A stretch of DNA of 64,000 bases, taken from positions 29,470 to 93,469 of IMG/VR virus record IMGVR_UViG_3300011261_000048. The stretch is one strand, 5' to 3'. Below are positions 17,921 to 26,779 of this stretch, piece by piece. The notes beneath the pieces are model-generated. The model saw only the letters and a list, made by a program, of their open reading frames with translations. It was not told the origin of the DNA and searched no databases. Every line of letters begins with the position of its first letter. Position 1 is the first letter of the stretch. Position numbers and translations under genes: made by a program. This DNA is from a virus.

Positions 17921-17969
17921 AAAATTTTTTTTTGGATTTGGGGATTTCTAAAAAATTTTTTTGGATTTG
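17921..17969. repeat. Direct repeat AAAATTTTTTT(T)GGATTTG x2 in the divergent intergenic region
   Basis: Two copies seen at about 17921-17940 and 17952-17969. Confidence 0.7.
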
Positions 17970-18242
17970 TAAGTGAGGAGTAACTATTAAAATTGCACCC
18001 CTTCACAATCTTGCGGGTAATACCCCCACCAAAGTCGTAAAAGTGACTTAGTAATTTACAAACTGTTCTTACAGTATTACTAAAGTTGCAATGATGCATA
18101 GCATATAGTGCTCAGAAAGTGTGATACATATACACATCTACACTATGCTCTTGTTGACCCTTTACTTTCTTGGTGTTCTACTGTTGTTGGGAAAATCCTG
18201 ATGACACATACAATTTATATACATAATTAAACACGTAACATT

Positions 18243-18668
18243 ATGACACATTCAGATGCAGTAGGGATACTTAAATCCAAATCAGTAATTTCACAGGCAG
18301 GTAAATACACAGTTAAGTGTACTAATGTGAATGCTTATGTTAATGGTCAAACCATTGCAATTGCTAACTTCAATGCTATGAACGCATATCAATTTGGAGA
18401 GGCTAAAGACCTTCTTAGAGAGGGTAAATTAGATGATGCTACAAACCAAGGTTTGTCTTTATCTATTAGAGGTAATGATTATATGCCTGCAAAGGGAGAA
18501 ATCGTTGATATTGAGGTTTCTGAAGTAACTCTTAAGAGTGGAGAAACAGCATTGTTGGCTACTTCTTTAGTTGCTAGACAGGCTAAAACTGCAGTAAAAG
18601 CAGACTGGTCAGAGTTTGAGATTGATGCTCCTGTAGCAGAGACTCAAGAAGAGGGAGACATCTCTTAA
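18243..18668 (+). CDS. First early gene; possible ssDNA-binding protein
   Basis: 141 aa, beta-rich with acidic C-terminal tail; has its own terminator. Confidence 0.5.
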   Translation: MTHSDAVGILKSKSVISQAGKYTVKCTNVNAYVNGQTIAIANFNAMNAYQFGEAKDLLREGKLDDATNQGLSLSIRGNDYMPAKGEIVDIEVSEVTLKSGETALLATSLVARQAKTAVKADWSEFEIDAPVAETQEEGDIS

Positions 18669-18686
18669 TCTAGGATAGAATATAAT

Positions 18687-18718
18687 AAGGGGAGCACTTA
18701 GGTGTTCCTCTTTTATTT
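18687..18718 (+). terminator. Intrinsic terminator
   Basis: AAGGGGAGCAC-TTAG-GTGTTCCTCTTTT. Confidence 0.8.
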
Positions 18719-18780
18719 GTTCTTAGCATTGTAACTTATAACTGAATCTCAGATAAATTAATCACTAAAAATAAATAAAA

Positions 18781-18954
18781 ATGAAATATTCTAATTACTT
18801 TCTAACAATGATGCTATATGCATTTGTCTTCTTAATAGTATCCTTTGTTGCTTTTTATGCAAAAGAGAGTACTACTTCAGCAATATTTGCTGTTGCTACG
18901 TTTACTACGTGGTTTGCAGGCATTATGGCTCCTAAAGAGGAGAAGTATAAATAA
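18781..18954 (+). CDS. Small membrane protein (57 aa)
   Basis: Below the cutoff; MKYSNYFLTMMLYAFVFLIVSFVAF..., A-rich leader, two hydrophobic segments. Confidence 0.65.
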   Translation: MKYSNYFLTMMLYAFVFLIVSFVAFYAKESTTSAIFAVATFTTWFAGIMAPKEEKYK

Positions 18955-19137
18955 TAACCCTAAAAAATCAATCATTATGAATTTAGTATTTGTAGATGGT
19001 GTTTATACAGTAAGAGAATGGACTGTAAACACTAACAGTTAATAAATTAAGAGTTGCGTATATATTACGTGACTCTTTCTTTTTCTTAAATGACGTAACA
19101 TACATACCAAACTAAATTCTATTAAAACTATAATACT

Positions 19138-19374
19138 ATGAACAATTTAAATAACGTAACATCTATACCAAACTCTGTTTCAAAACAGCAGGCTAGAAGA
19201 CAACAGTATGTAAATACTACTACTTTTGATGTAGTTTGGATTGTTGATGGTAGATGTAGAGAAGTAATTAGAAGAAATACTCTTAGACCTATAGCAATAT
19301 GGGAAAAGAAGAAAGCAGAGAATAGAAATTATACTACTGGGAAAGTCCTAGTTGTACCTAATGGAACTTATTAA
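19138..19374 (+). CDS. Hypothetical early protein
   Basis: 78 aa ORF with A-rich leader. Confidence 0.6.
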   Translation: MNNLNNVTSIPNSVSKQQARRQQYVNTTTFDVVWIVDGRCREVIRRNTLRPIAIWEKKKAENRNYTTGKVLVVPNGTY

Positions 19375-19508
19375 TAATAAAATGGGAAGTTTGTGAAAGT
19401 TTTTAAGATAATGTGAATGTTACCTTATAAACATCACCCCATTTTCCCCCAAATTTAACCCTATGTAAAGTACAAGGGATATAAATATTATACCTAAAAC
19501 TTAACATT

Positions 19509-19676
19509 ATGAGTACAGATAAACCATCATTAGAAGATGAGATAGCAGTAACTTATCTCTATAAAAACTTCCCTACTTTTCCTATGACTACTTATATGCC
19601 ATCAAATACTTTTAACAAAAAGAAGTTTAATGCTACTTGTACTAAGAATAGGAAGAAACGTAAGAAGAAGAAATAA
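19509..19676 (+). CDS. Small basic protein (55 aa)
   Basis: Below the cutoff; MSTDKPSLE...KNRKKRKKKK*. Confidence 0.55.
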   Translation: MSTDKPSLEDEIAVTYLYKNFPTFPMTTYMPSNTFNKKKFNATCTKNRKKRKKKK

Positions 19677-19697
19677 TTAACCTTAAAAATAACTAAA

Positions 19698-19958
19698 ATG
19701 AAAAAGAAAATAAAATACTGTGTAACTATTACACATAAGCAATTAAGAAAGTCATTAGCCTGGATTACAGGTATGGGATCATCTATATTAATAAAGGATA
19801 TGGAGGATACACATCTAATAAATACAGTTCTTTATCTTAACAAGAAAAGAGATGACTTAGAACTGTATAACCTACCAATGGTACAAGTCAATGATAAGTT
19901 GATTACAGAATGGATTGATATCTTAGACAATGAGATAACATTTAGAAAACTTAAATAA
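19698..19958 (+). CDS. Hypothetical early protein
   Basis: 86 aa; W.T..G..ILIKDMEDTHLINT pattern. Confidence 0.65.
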   Translation: MKKKIKYCVTITHKQLRKSLAWITGMGSSILIKDMEDTHLINTVLYLNKKRDDLELYNLPMVQVNDKLITEWIDILDNEITFRKLK

Positions 19959-19960
19959 TA

Positions 19961-20745
19961 TTAACTTCTATCCAATAGGAATATGTCCACTATAAATTAG
20001 CAACTGAAGGCACAAGTAATGTGGTAGCTATTAAATGTAACGTGTCCGCATTGACAGATGCCAAGGATATGAACCTTGTAGAAGTTAAACTTATTAAACT
20101 CTCATCCAATTGCAGGGATGGTCTATTCAATGGTATTATACAGAACAGTATAATGTTAGACATCAGTTAAAAGTCAAGGGCTAAGCAACCTTGTGAGGGT
20201 TTATATTTTATTAACCATAGTAAAAAAATTAAAGATAGTTGGGCAGACAACCTGCACTATGGTTATATTTTATTAAGAACCTTGCTCCAGTGAAGTAGAC
20301 GTAAAACTCTACCTGATGTGTGATGCTTGAGATGTAGACGGTGTACAACGTTGAAATCAAAGAGTAGCAGGTTCTTAACTTACTAATCACACCACTCCCA
20401 GTTAATGATGGGTCCACAAATAGTATAGTTTGGTGGTGTGTTTATTTATATCCCATCAAAGCCTCTTGTAGGTTAACCGATGCGTCAAAATAATACGACA
20501 GAGTAAGTTTAAATCTTACTGATGGAACACGTGATTGCTAATAACAATCTAGTACAACTCTGTACGATGAGAAAAGGGAGTAATTACCTTATGAGTTGCC
20601 TAGTAGTATAGGTTGTATACTACAGGATATGAATCCTAGTTTGAGAGACTGAATCTTAGTTCTAACTACAATAAAATATACGTAAGAAACCATGCAATTG
20701 AGTAGGTGGAGTATAGTAGGACAGCAGTAATGTTGAACGATTTTT
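19961..20745 (+). ncRNA. Tandem array of candidate structured ncRNAs, several with tRNA-like acceptor/T-arm ends
   Basis: About 790 nt without a credible ORF; successive units each closed by a long stem and separated by AT-rich spacers. Confidence 0.55.
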
Positions 20746-20768
20746 TTAATTAACCTTAAAACAATAAT

Positions 20769-21128
20769 ATGAAAGATAATAAAATCATAGTAGTAGGTGC
20801 AGATAATACTGGCCGTACTACATTAACAAAGAAAGAACATAATGATATTATACTTATAGGTGCAGACAACACTATAGAAGTAAATGGTGTAATATATAAA
20901 AGGAGAGCAAGCAAAGCGAGTACACCAATGTCACGAAGAGTTTCAAGTATAATGATGATGGCACAAATGTTTGGAGAAACTACTTATAGTACAAAGAAAC
21001 AAAGACAAAGACCTAATGTAATAATAGAAAAAGAGTTTGCTTTAATACAGCAAAAGAAATCTAACCTATCAAAAAGTGATAGAGATTGGGTAGAACATAT
21101 GTTTCATATGCAGTACGATAAACTATGA
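20769..21128 (+). CDS. Hypothetical early protein
   Basis: 119 aa; internal duplication IIVVGADNT / IILIGADNT. Confidence 0.65.
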   Translation: MKDNKIIVVGADNTGRTTLTKKEHNDIILIGADNTIEVNGVIYKRRASKASTPMSRRVSSIMMMAQMFGETTYSTKKQRQRPNVIIEKEFALIQQKKSNLSKSDRDWVEHMFHMQYDKL

Positions 21129-21508
21129 AAAACGTAACAGATATACCGTACAAAGTATTATATGTAGAACAATGTAAATTAGCAGGTTATCCTATAGGTA
21201 TGTCATTATATAAAGATATAATTAATGAGTATCCAGAGTATTTTCCTATAGAAGCAGAACATAGTAGGAAATGGGCGTTAATACCTGAAGAAGTACATAA
21301 ACAGTACAATAAAGAGTATTTAGAAGTATATAATAACTATATGAGTAATTTACCACATGAAGGTAAAGGTATAATGTATTTTATACGAAATCCGAAAGAC
21401 TATACTGAATGGAGTAAAGCATATAATGATGCAATAGAGAAATCAAAACCTCATTTAGATGCTATATATAAAAAACATTATAGTAAATATAATATTACAC
21501 TAACATAA
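21125..21508 (+). CDS. Hypothetical early protein
   Basis: 127 aa, ATGA overlap with the previous gene. Confidence 0.65.
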   Translation: MKNVTDIPYKVLYVEQCKLAGYPIGMSLYKDIINEYPEYFPIEAEHSRKWALIPEEVHKQYNKEYLEVYNNYMSNLPHEGKGIMYFIRNPKDYTEWSKAYNDAIEKSKPHLDAIYKKHYSKYNITLT

Positions 21509-21523
21509 CTAAAACTAAATAAT

Positions 21524-21721
21524 ATGGAAATATGGGATAGTAAACAAGGGAAGTTTATTCCTAGACCTAAAGAAATAGATGACTTCTTAAAGGATATAGA
21601 TGAAGTATGTAAGAAACATAATTTATCTATAAGCCATGAAGATGGTCATGGTGCTTTTGAAATAGAAAAATATGATAAGCAGAATATAATTTGGTTAAAT
21701 AACGCACTTAAAAGATATTGA
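21524..21721 (+). CDS. Hypothetical early protein
   Basis: 65 aa; CKKHNLSISHEDGHGAF motif. Confidence 0.65.
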   Translation: MEIWDSKQGKFIPRPKEIDDFLKDIDEVCKKHNLSISHEDGHGAFEIEKYDKQNIIWLNNALKRY

Positions 21722-21722
21722 C

Positions 21723-22094
21723 ATGAAAGAGCAACTAATAACAATTGAAACAGCTAAGTTAGCTAAAGAGAAAGGGTTTGATATACCACTACGTAGTCAA
21801 TACTATGAAAAAGGAAAAATAACTCAAGATATAACTGATGGTCAAAAATTAAGAGGAGGTAATTTTTATGCTGTAAACACTCAATCACTACTACAAAAAT
21901 GGTTACGGGAAAAATATAGTTTTGAAATAAATATCCATAGTTTTGAAACATGTGGTTGGTGGTACTATATTGGTTACATTGGCAACAATGCTAGTGAGAT
22001 AGACTCTTCAGAACATGAATGGTGGTTTGCAGATTATGAAGAAGCCCTAGAAGAAGGATTACAAGAAGCGTTAAAATTAATTAGTAATGAGTAG
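21723..22094 (+). CDS. Hypothetical protein, paralogue of 25649-26029
   Basis: Shared A..xKExGFD, W.R and YEEA pattern. Confidence 0.7.
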   Translation: MKEQLITIETAKLAKEKGFDIPLRSQYYEKGKITQDITDGQKLRGGNFYAVNTQSLLQKWLREKYSFEINIHSFETCGWWYYIGYIGNNASEIDSSEHEWWFADYEEALEEGLQEALKLISNE

Positions 22095-22335
22095 ACAGTT
22101 AGTAATGTACACAGGTGCAGGAGGTATTAAAATGTATATTAAATCATTTTTAATTGAAATGGGTAGTGTGGATGTTACTGATAAAATGGTAAATACTATT
22201 TATAATCAAATTAAGTACTACCCTGAAACAGCCGCTTTCTTTGGTGTTACTGTATCTAGGACTTTTAAACTACCTAGAAAGAAGAAAAAGAAGTATAAAC
22301 AATTAAAACTAAACGAAAATGAAAGAAGGAGATAA
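22087..22335 (+). CDS. Hypothetical protein
   Basis: 82 aa, overlapping operon. Confidence 0.55.
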   Translation: MSRQLVMYTGAGGIKMYIKSFLIEMGSVDVTDKMVNTIYNQIKYYPETAAFFGVTVSRTFKLPRKKKKKYKQLKLNENERRR

Positions 22336-22561
22336 AATAATATGGAATTCTGGATTTGGATATGAACTAGGTACATATATTTCAGATAAAGGAGTAATGT
22401 ATGATACAGTACTAATTAATTTAGAAACAGGTGTAGCACAAGGGAAATTAAGTGTACCTATACATCAGATAATACCTAGAAGTAAGAAAGCATTAGAGAT
22501 AATGCTACGTGAGTATCCTAGAGTACAAGTAAGTAAAACAATAACAACATTAACACATTAA
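22319..22561 (+). CDS. Hypothetical protein
   Basis: 80 aa, overlapping operon. Confidence 0.6.
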   Translation: MKEGDKIIWNSGFGYELGTYISDKGVMYDTVLINLETGVAQGKLSVPIHQIIPRSKKALEIMLREYPRVQVSKTITTLTH

Positions 22562-22583
22562 CAAACACTTAAAAATTAAAATT

Positions 22584-22817
22584 ATGAAATTATTACTATC
22601 AATACTATTAAGTATCTTATTGAGCAGCTGTCTTAAAAGTAATGAATATATGGATGCTGCAGAATTTTATAAAGTTTCTAAAGGGTGTATTGTTACAGGA
22701 GACTCTCCAGAAACTACTTTTATGCATCGAAGAATAACAGTAAAAACTACTACAGATGAATTTTTAACCTATATAGGTGAAGAATTATATTATGAAGTAG
22801 GAGATACTATAAAATAA
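22584..22817 (+). CDS. Putative lipoprotein
   Basis: MKLLLSILLSILLSSC signal peptide with lipobox Cys. Confidence 0.7.
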   Translation: MKLLLSILLSILLSSCLKSNEYMDAAEFYKVSKGCIVTGDSPETTFMHRRITVKTTTDEFLTYIGEELYYEVGDTIK

Positions 22818-22822
22818 TTACT

Positions 22823-23059
22823 ATGGGGAAATTAATGGATAGGTTAGAAAAACAACTAACTACAGAAAATAAGAAAGATGCAGAAGAATGTATAGAGATA
22901 TATAATTGGATTAAATCTACTGATAAAGATGGAAGAGTTTGGTCTAGTAGATGGGAGCCTTTAACAAATGTTAGATTTATTGGAACATACCCTAGTACAA
23001 GAATTTATAACCTTAATATTACTGGTAAAGCACTTCTAAAAGAACTAAGAACAGATTAA
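22823..23059 (+). CDS. Hypothetical protein
   Basis: 78 aa ORF in operon. Confidence 0.6.
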   Translation: MGKLMDRLEKQLTTENKKDAEECIEIYNWIKSTDKDGRVWSSRWEPLTNVRFIGTYPSTRIYNLNITGKALLKELRTD

Positions 23060-23063
23060 TAAT

Positions 23064-23410
23064 TTAAAAGTATAGGTTAAACCCTCATTAGGAGGGGGAC
23101 AGCAAATTAATTGAAAGAAAATAATATAATATTACCTATTGGGCCGATACTAAGGCTATAGTATGTTGAGATCATAACTACTGTTCTAAAAAGTGGTAAG
23201 TGTAGGAACTTATCAACTGACATGTGACTCTTAACTGAGAGCATGAGTGCAAGGCACACTAATATAATAAGCCTCTGAACAGGTACTTAAACAAGAAGTA
23301 ATAATATAGTATTTTTGGTGTGTGTATTCCACTACTAATTAAGGGATTTGTTTTACCGCCTGGAGCAATATGCTCAGTAGAAGGGTGTGAATAAGTGCTT
23401 ATACTTTTAA
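23064..23410 (+). ncRNA. Candidate large structured ncRNA (~350 nt)
   Basis: Ends pair: TTAAAAGTATAGG / CTTATACTTTTAA; no ORF; internal hairpins. Confidence 0.55.
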
Positions 23411-23452
23411 GTTATTATATTTAAATAATTATAAACCCAAAAAATCAAAACA

Positions 23453-23842
23453 ATGAAAAATCTAATTTTAACAGTAATATGTATTCTAGTGAGTACAGTT
23501 ACATTTGCAGGAGAACCAAAAAAAGATAAAGACAATACCTTTGAAATATCAGGGTACTTCTTAAAGAATAGTAATATCTCTTATGAAGTATATGAAGTAA
23601 CTAGTGACTCTTGGGAGTTGATAGAAAGTGGTAAAGGTATGAAACACTACAAGGTAGAGTTGGAGACTAACCATACATATGTAGTAATATTTAAGAAAGA
23701 TGAGAAACAGAAGCTATTATTTGTTGATGTTCAAGTTCCTTCTTATATTGATATAGATGTAGACTTTAAATATTTACAGGATGCTACTTTAAAATACACT
23801 ACTGATATGGAGGAGTATAAAGTAGCATTAATAAAGAAATAG
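23453..23842 (+). CDS. Secreted/periplasmic protein
   Basis: Signal peptide MKNLILTVICILVSTVTFA then a beta-rich domain. Confidence 0.7.
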   Translation: MKNLILTVICILVSTVTFAGEPKKDKDNTFEISGYFLKNSNISYEVYEVTSDSWELIESGKGMKHYKVELETNHTYVVIFKKDEKQKLLFVDVQVPSYIDIDVDFKYLQDATLKYTTDMEEYKVALIKK

Positions 23843-24017
23843 TAATATTATTTATGTTTTTACACGGAGGCCTTGTGTAATGTAATTAGCTTAAGCCTTA
23901 GGTACCATAAATTAGAATTAAATAGTGCCACGCTTCCCATGGTTTAAAGTACAAGGATAATGAAGGAAATAATACGTTCCCTAAGCACTATTTATTTATT
24001 AACTAAAATTAAAAAAT

Positions 24018-24170
24018 ATGCCAGATATAACAATGTGTAGGAATACTAAATGTATTCTAAAAGAGAAATGCTATAGATTTAAAGCAAAACCCAATCCACA
24101 TAGACAATCTTATAGTAGTTTTACTCCTGATAAAAGGGATAGATGTGATGGATTTGTAAAGATTGAATAA
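24018..24170 (+). CDS. Small Cys-containing protein (50 aa)
   Basis: Below the cutoff; MPDITMCRNTKCILKEKCYRFKA...C. Confidence 0.7.
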   Translation: MPDITMCRNTKCILKEKCYRFKAKPNPHRQSYSSFTPDKRDRCDGFVKIE

Positions 24171-24173
24171 ATT

Positions 24174-24387
24174 AAGACTCTCTGATTAAAGATAAACGTA
24201 TCATAACACACCTCTCATTGTGAAGTACGCCAGTAGTAGTATAAACTGTATCAGCAGTTGTGTTTATTGTAGATGTAATAGGTAAAGGTGTAGATATAAC
24301 ACCCCACTTAAAGTGATGCAGGTTCCCATATAAGTGAACTCGACTACAAGAAACTATTACCCCACTGAAATTTGGGCAGAGAGTTTT
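24174..24387 (+). ncRNA. Candidate structured ncRNA
   Basis: Closing stem AAGACTCTCTG / CAGAGAGTTTT; no ORF. Confidence 0.5.
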
Positions 24388-24400
24388 ATTATTAAAAGAA

Positions 24401-24640
24401 AAGACTAAACATTGAATCTTTGTGAATGAGAGAAGTCATAAAAATAGGAAAGATACCAAGACTTTTGATGGTAGATGCTTATTCACATAAAGATACTAGC
24501 AGTAATGTTAGATGTGTTGTCACCTTGAGAAAGTGATGCGAGCCATAAGTATATAGAAGCAAGTTAAAGGGATTCGACACTTAATCTTTGAACTTATGAG
24601 CTGGCTTTCCACAACACAAATGAGTTCTCAGCTAGTAGTT
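24401..24640 (+). ncRNA. Candidate pseudoknotted ncRNA
   Basis: Stems TGTGAATGAG/CTTATTCACA and GTGTTGT/ACAACAC; loop TGAGAA complementary to distal TTCTCA. Confidence 0.5.
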
Positions 24641-24822
24641 AAGGGGCTGGACACAGCATTTAGGCTGGTATAAACCTATCTAAAATGTGCATTAACAAGG
24701 TGATTAACTACGTGGACCCTACTCTTATTAGTCAAGTAGACTTGTTAAATATCTTAACATGTACCTGCGGGTATAGGATGAGCTAATAAGAAAGAGGGTA
24801 CTAATGGGTATAATACCTGAAA

Positions 24823-24895
24823 TGGACAGAAGTAGAAATAGAGAATACGTCTACATTGTAGAAAGGTGTGAGGTTGGAATCCTCACCTGTCCACA
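24823..24895 (+). ncRNA. tRNA-like RNA lacking an anticodon loop
   Basis: TGGACAG/CTGTCCA acceptor, D-arm, TCTAC-ATT-GTAGA, GTGAGG-TTGGAAT-CCTCAC. Confidence 0.75.
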
Positions 24896-24919
24896 ATTTA
24901 TTAAATAAAATTAAAGAAA

Positions 24920-25294
24920 ATGAGTTATAAATCAACAAGTACTAAAGGTTATATACCTTATGATTTTATTGAGCCAAATTTAGTAAGAGAACATAAAGAA
25001 GTAGATAGGTATATAAAATTATTGAATATAACTCTACCACAAGAGGAATTTATTCTTAAATGTTTGTTATCTCAGAAATGGGGTAATAAAATAATAATAG
25101 GGGAAATAAAAGAAATATCAAGAGAAAAAACTTTAGGTATGACCAAATATAAATTTTCATTAGTAGCTCCTTCAATGAATGTATCTTATTGTGATTCTAA
25201 CCCTTTTGAAAAAGAAGGTTGGTCATTAGATAATTTTGAAGATAGAGCTAGTTCTGTATATCATACTTTTATTAAAAGATTAATAAAATATTAA
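24920..25294 (+). CDS. Hypothetical protein
   Basis: 124 aa ORF with A-rich leader. Confidence 0.6.
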   Translation: MSYKSTSTKGYIPYDFIEPNLVREHKEVDRYIKLLNITLPQEEFILKCLLSQKWGNKIIIGEIKEISREKTLGMTKYKFSLVAPSMNVSYCDSNPFEKEGWSLDNFEDRASSVYHTFIKRLIKY

Positions 25295-25299
25295 AATAT

Positions 25300-25477
25300 A
25301 GAGTTCAGAGTACTGAAGATATTCAGTGATGAAGTAGACGTTGAAAAATTACGTAGCAATCACAGCATGCTAAGATGCGTTGTTTATTGTAAGCTACTAT
25401 TAACTCAGGGTATCCGAGACTATTGTGACTCAAGGGACTGAGATGTATTCCACTTAGAAATGGATGCTCTGAACTTT
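25300..25477 (+). ncRNA. Candidate structured ncRNA
   Basis: Closing stem AGAGTTCAGAG / CTCTGAACTTT; shares words with 20272-20378 and 24174-24387. Confidence 0.5.
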
Positions 25478-25507
25478 TATTTATTAACTAAAACTAAAAC
25501 TAAAATT

Positions 25508-25633
25508 ATGTATAAAGTTGTAACAACAGATGATAAAAATACTGCATTGTTTTATGGTACTTATGATGAGTGTGAGGAGTGGGCAAGAAATAACCATCAT
25601 ACTTACGGCCCTATGAATATATTACCATATTAA
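25508..25633 (+). CDS. Small protein (41 aa)
   Basis: Below the cutoff; MYKVVTTDD...FYGTYDECEEW. Confidence 0.55.
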   Translation: MYKVVTTDDKNTALFYGTYDECEEWARNNHHTYGPMNILPY

Positions 25634-25648
25634 CTAAAACTAACTAAG

Positions 25649-26029
25649 ATGAAAAAAGAATTTATACCATATGAAGAAGCATTAGTCTTAAAAGAATTAG
25701 GTTTTGATTATTGTTGTTTTTGTTCTTATCCTGAAAAAGATAAATTATCTGATTCTTTTGGAACTTTTTACAGAATAACACCTAGTAAAGTTGTGTTAGC
25801 ACCTTTATACCAACAAGTATTTAGATGGTTTAGAGACATACATAATATGCCTCACTCAATAATTGTAGGCACAAATCCTACAACAAATATTGCTTATGCT
25901 AACAACATACCAGCAGTTATTGAGGGCAAAACAGATAGTGTATATACTACCTACGAAGAAGCAGAACTCGCTTGTCTTAGAAAATTAATTGAAATTGTAA
26001 AACAAGAACAAGATGAAAAAAGAATGTAA
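25649..26029 (+). CDS. Hypothetical protein, paralogue of 21723-22094
   Basis: ALVLKELGFD...APLYQQVFRWFR...TYEEAE. Confidence 0.7.
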   Translation: MKKEFIPYEEALVLKELGFDYCCFCSYPEKDKLSDSFGTFYRITPSKVVLAPLYQQVFRWFRDIHNMPHSIIVGTNPTTNIAYANNIPAVIEGKTDSVYTTYEEAELACLRKLIEIVKQEQDEKRM

Positions 26030-26726
26030 AACACACATGTTACCTACTAAAGGTGAAAGTCAGATACACGAAATTGATAAAAACTATTTATATTTTTCAA
26101 TATCTCAAGCAGTGCCAGCAGATAGAAGATACCACCTATACATAACAGATGACTCTAAGATTGAGGAAGGTGATTGGGTTTATAACCATGCCACCAACAA
26201 AATTTTTCAACCAAAGGGTCTAGCTGTTAATTTAGTAGGGCTTAGAAAAATAATAGCCTCTACCGATAAGTCATTAACAGTAAAAGAAACTATCAAAGTT
26301 GGAGACATAGTTAACAGCAGTAAAGAAGACTTTAATATTCAGCAAGTTCACACGCAAGAGAGTGCTAACCTTTACAATAAGTCAGACCACTACTTTAAGT
26401 GTTTACCACAAATCCCACAAGACTTCATCAAACAATACTGTGAGAATCCAGTTGAGAGTGTTTTGGTGGAGTATGAATTTAATGGAGGTGCTTGTAGTTT
26501 GGAAGAAGGGTGTACAGAACCCACAGAAGAATGTACTTGTGAACCCATTATATATTATAAGCCAACACTAAAAGACAACTGTATAATCATATCTCCTATT
26601 GAAGAGAAGAAGAAACACCCAACACCATTTAGTTTGATTAGAAAGTTCACGCAAGACCATCCCCTTGAAAGAGGTTTGCAAATTCTTGATAGTGATATTG
26701 AAAAATGGATTAAAGAAAACTTATGA
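26013..26726 (+). CDS. Hypothetical protein
   Basis: 237 aa; HLYITDD.KI.EGDW, KIIASTD, LPQIPQ.FI motifs. Confidence 0.7.
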   Translation: MKKECKTHMLPTKGESQIHEIDKNYLYFSISQAVPADRRYHLYITDDSKIEEGDWVYNHATNKIFQPKGLAVNLVGLRKIIASTDKSLTVKETIKVGDIVNSSKEDFNIQQVHTQESANLYNKSDHYFKCLPQIPQDFIKQYCENPVESVLVEYEFNGGACSLEEGCTEPTEECTCEPIIYYKPTLKDNCIIISPIEEKKKHPTPFSLIRKFTQDHPLERGLQILDSDIEKWIKENL

Positions 26727-26779
26727 TTATGGCTTCGAGGGTTTAAAGAATGAATTACTAAACCAGTTAACTTTTTAAA

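Noticed and set aside
18845-19042. 65-aa ORF with TTG start
   Set aside because: Overlaps the better 57-aa membrane ORF 18781-18954; only its last 21 codons from ATG 18977 may be real
23064-23410. RNase P RNA
   Set aside because: Size fits, but I could not find GAGGAAAGUCC or a convincing P4 pairing; kept as an unassigned ncRNA
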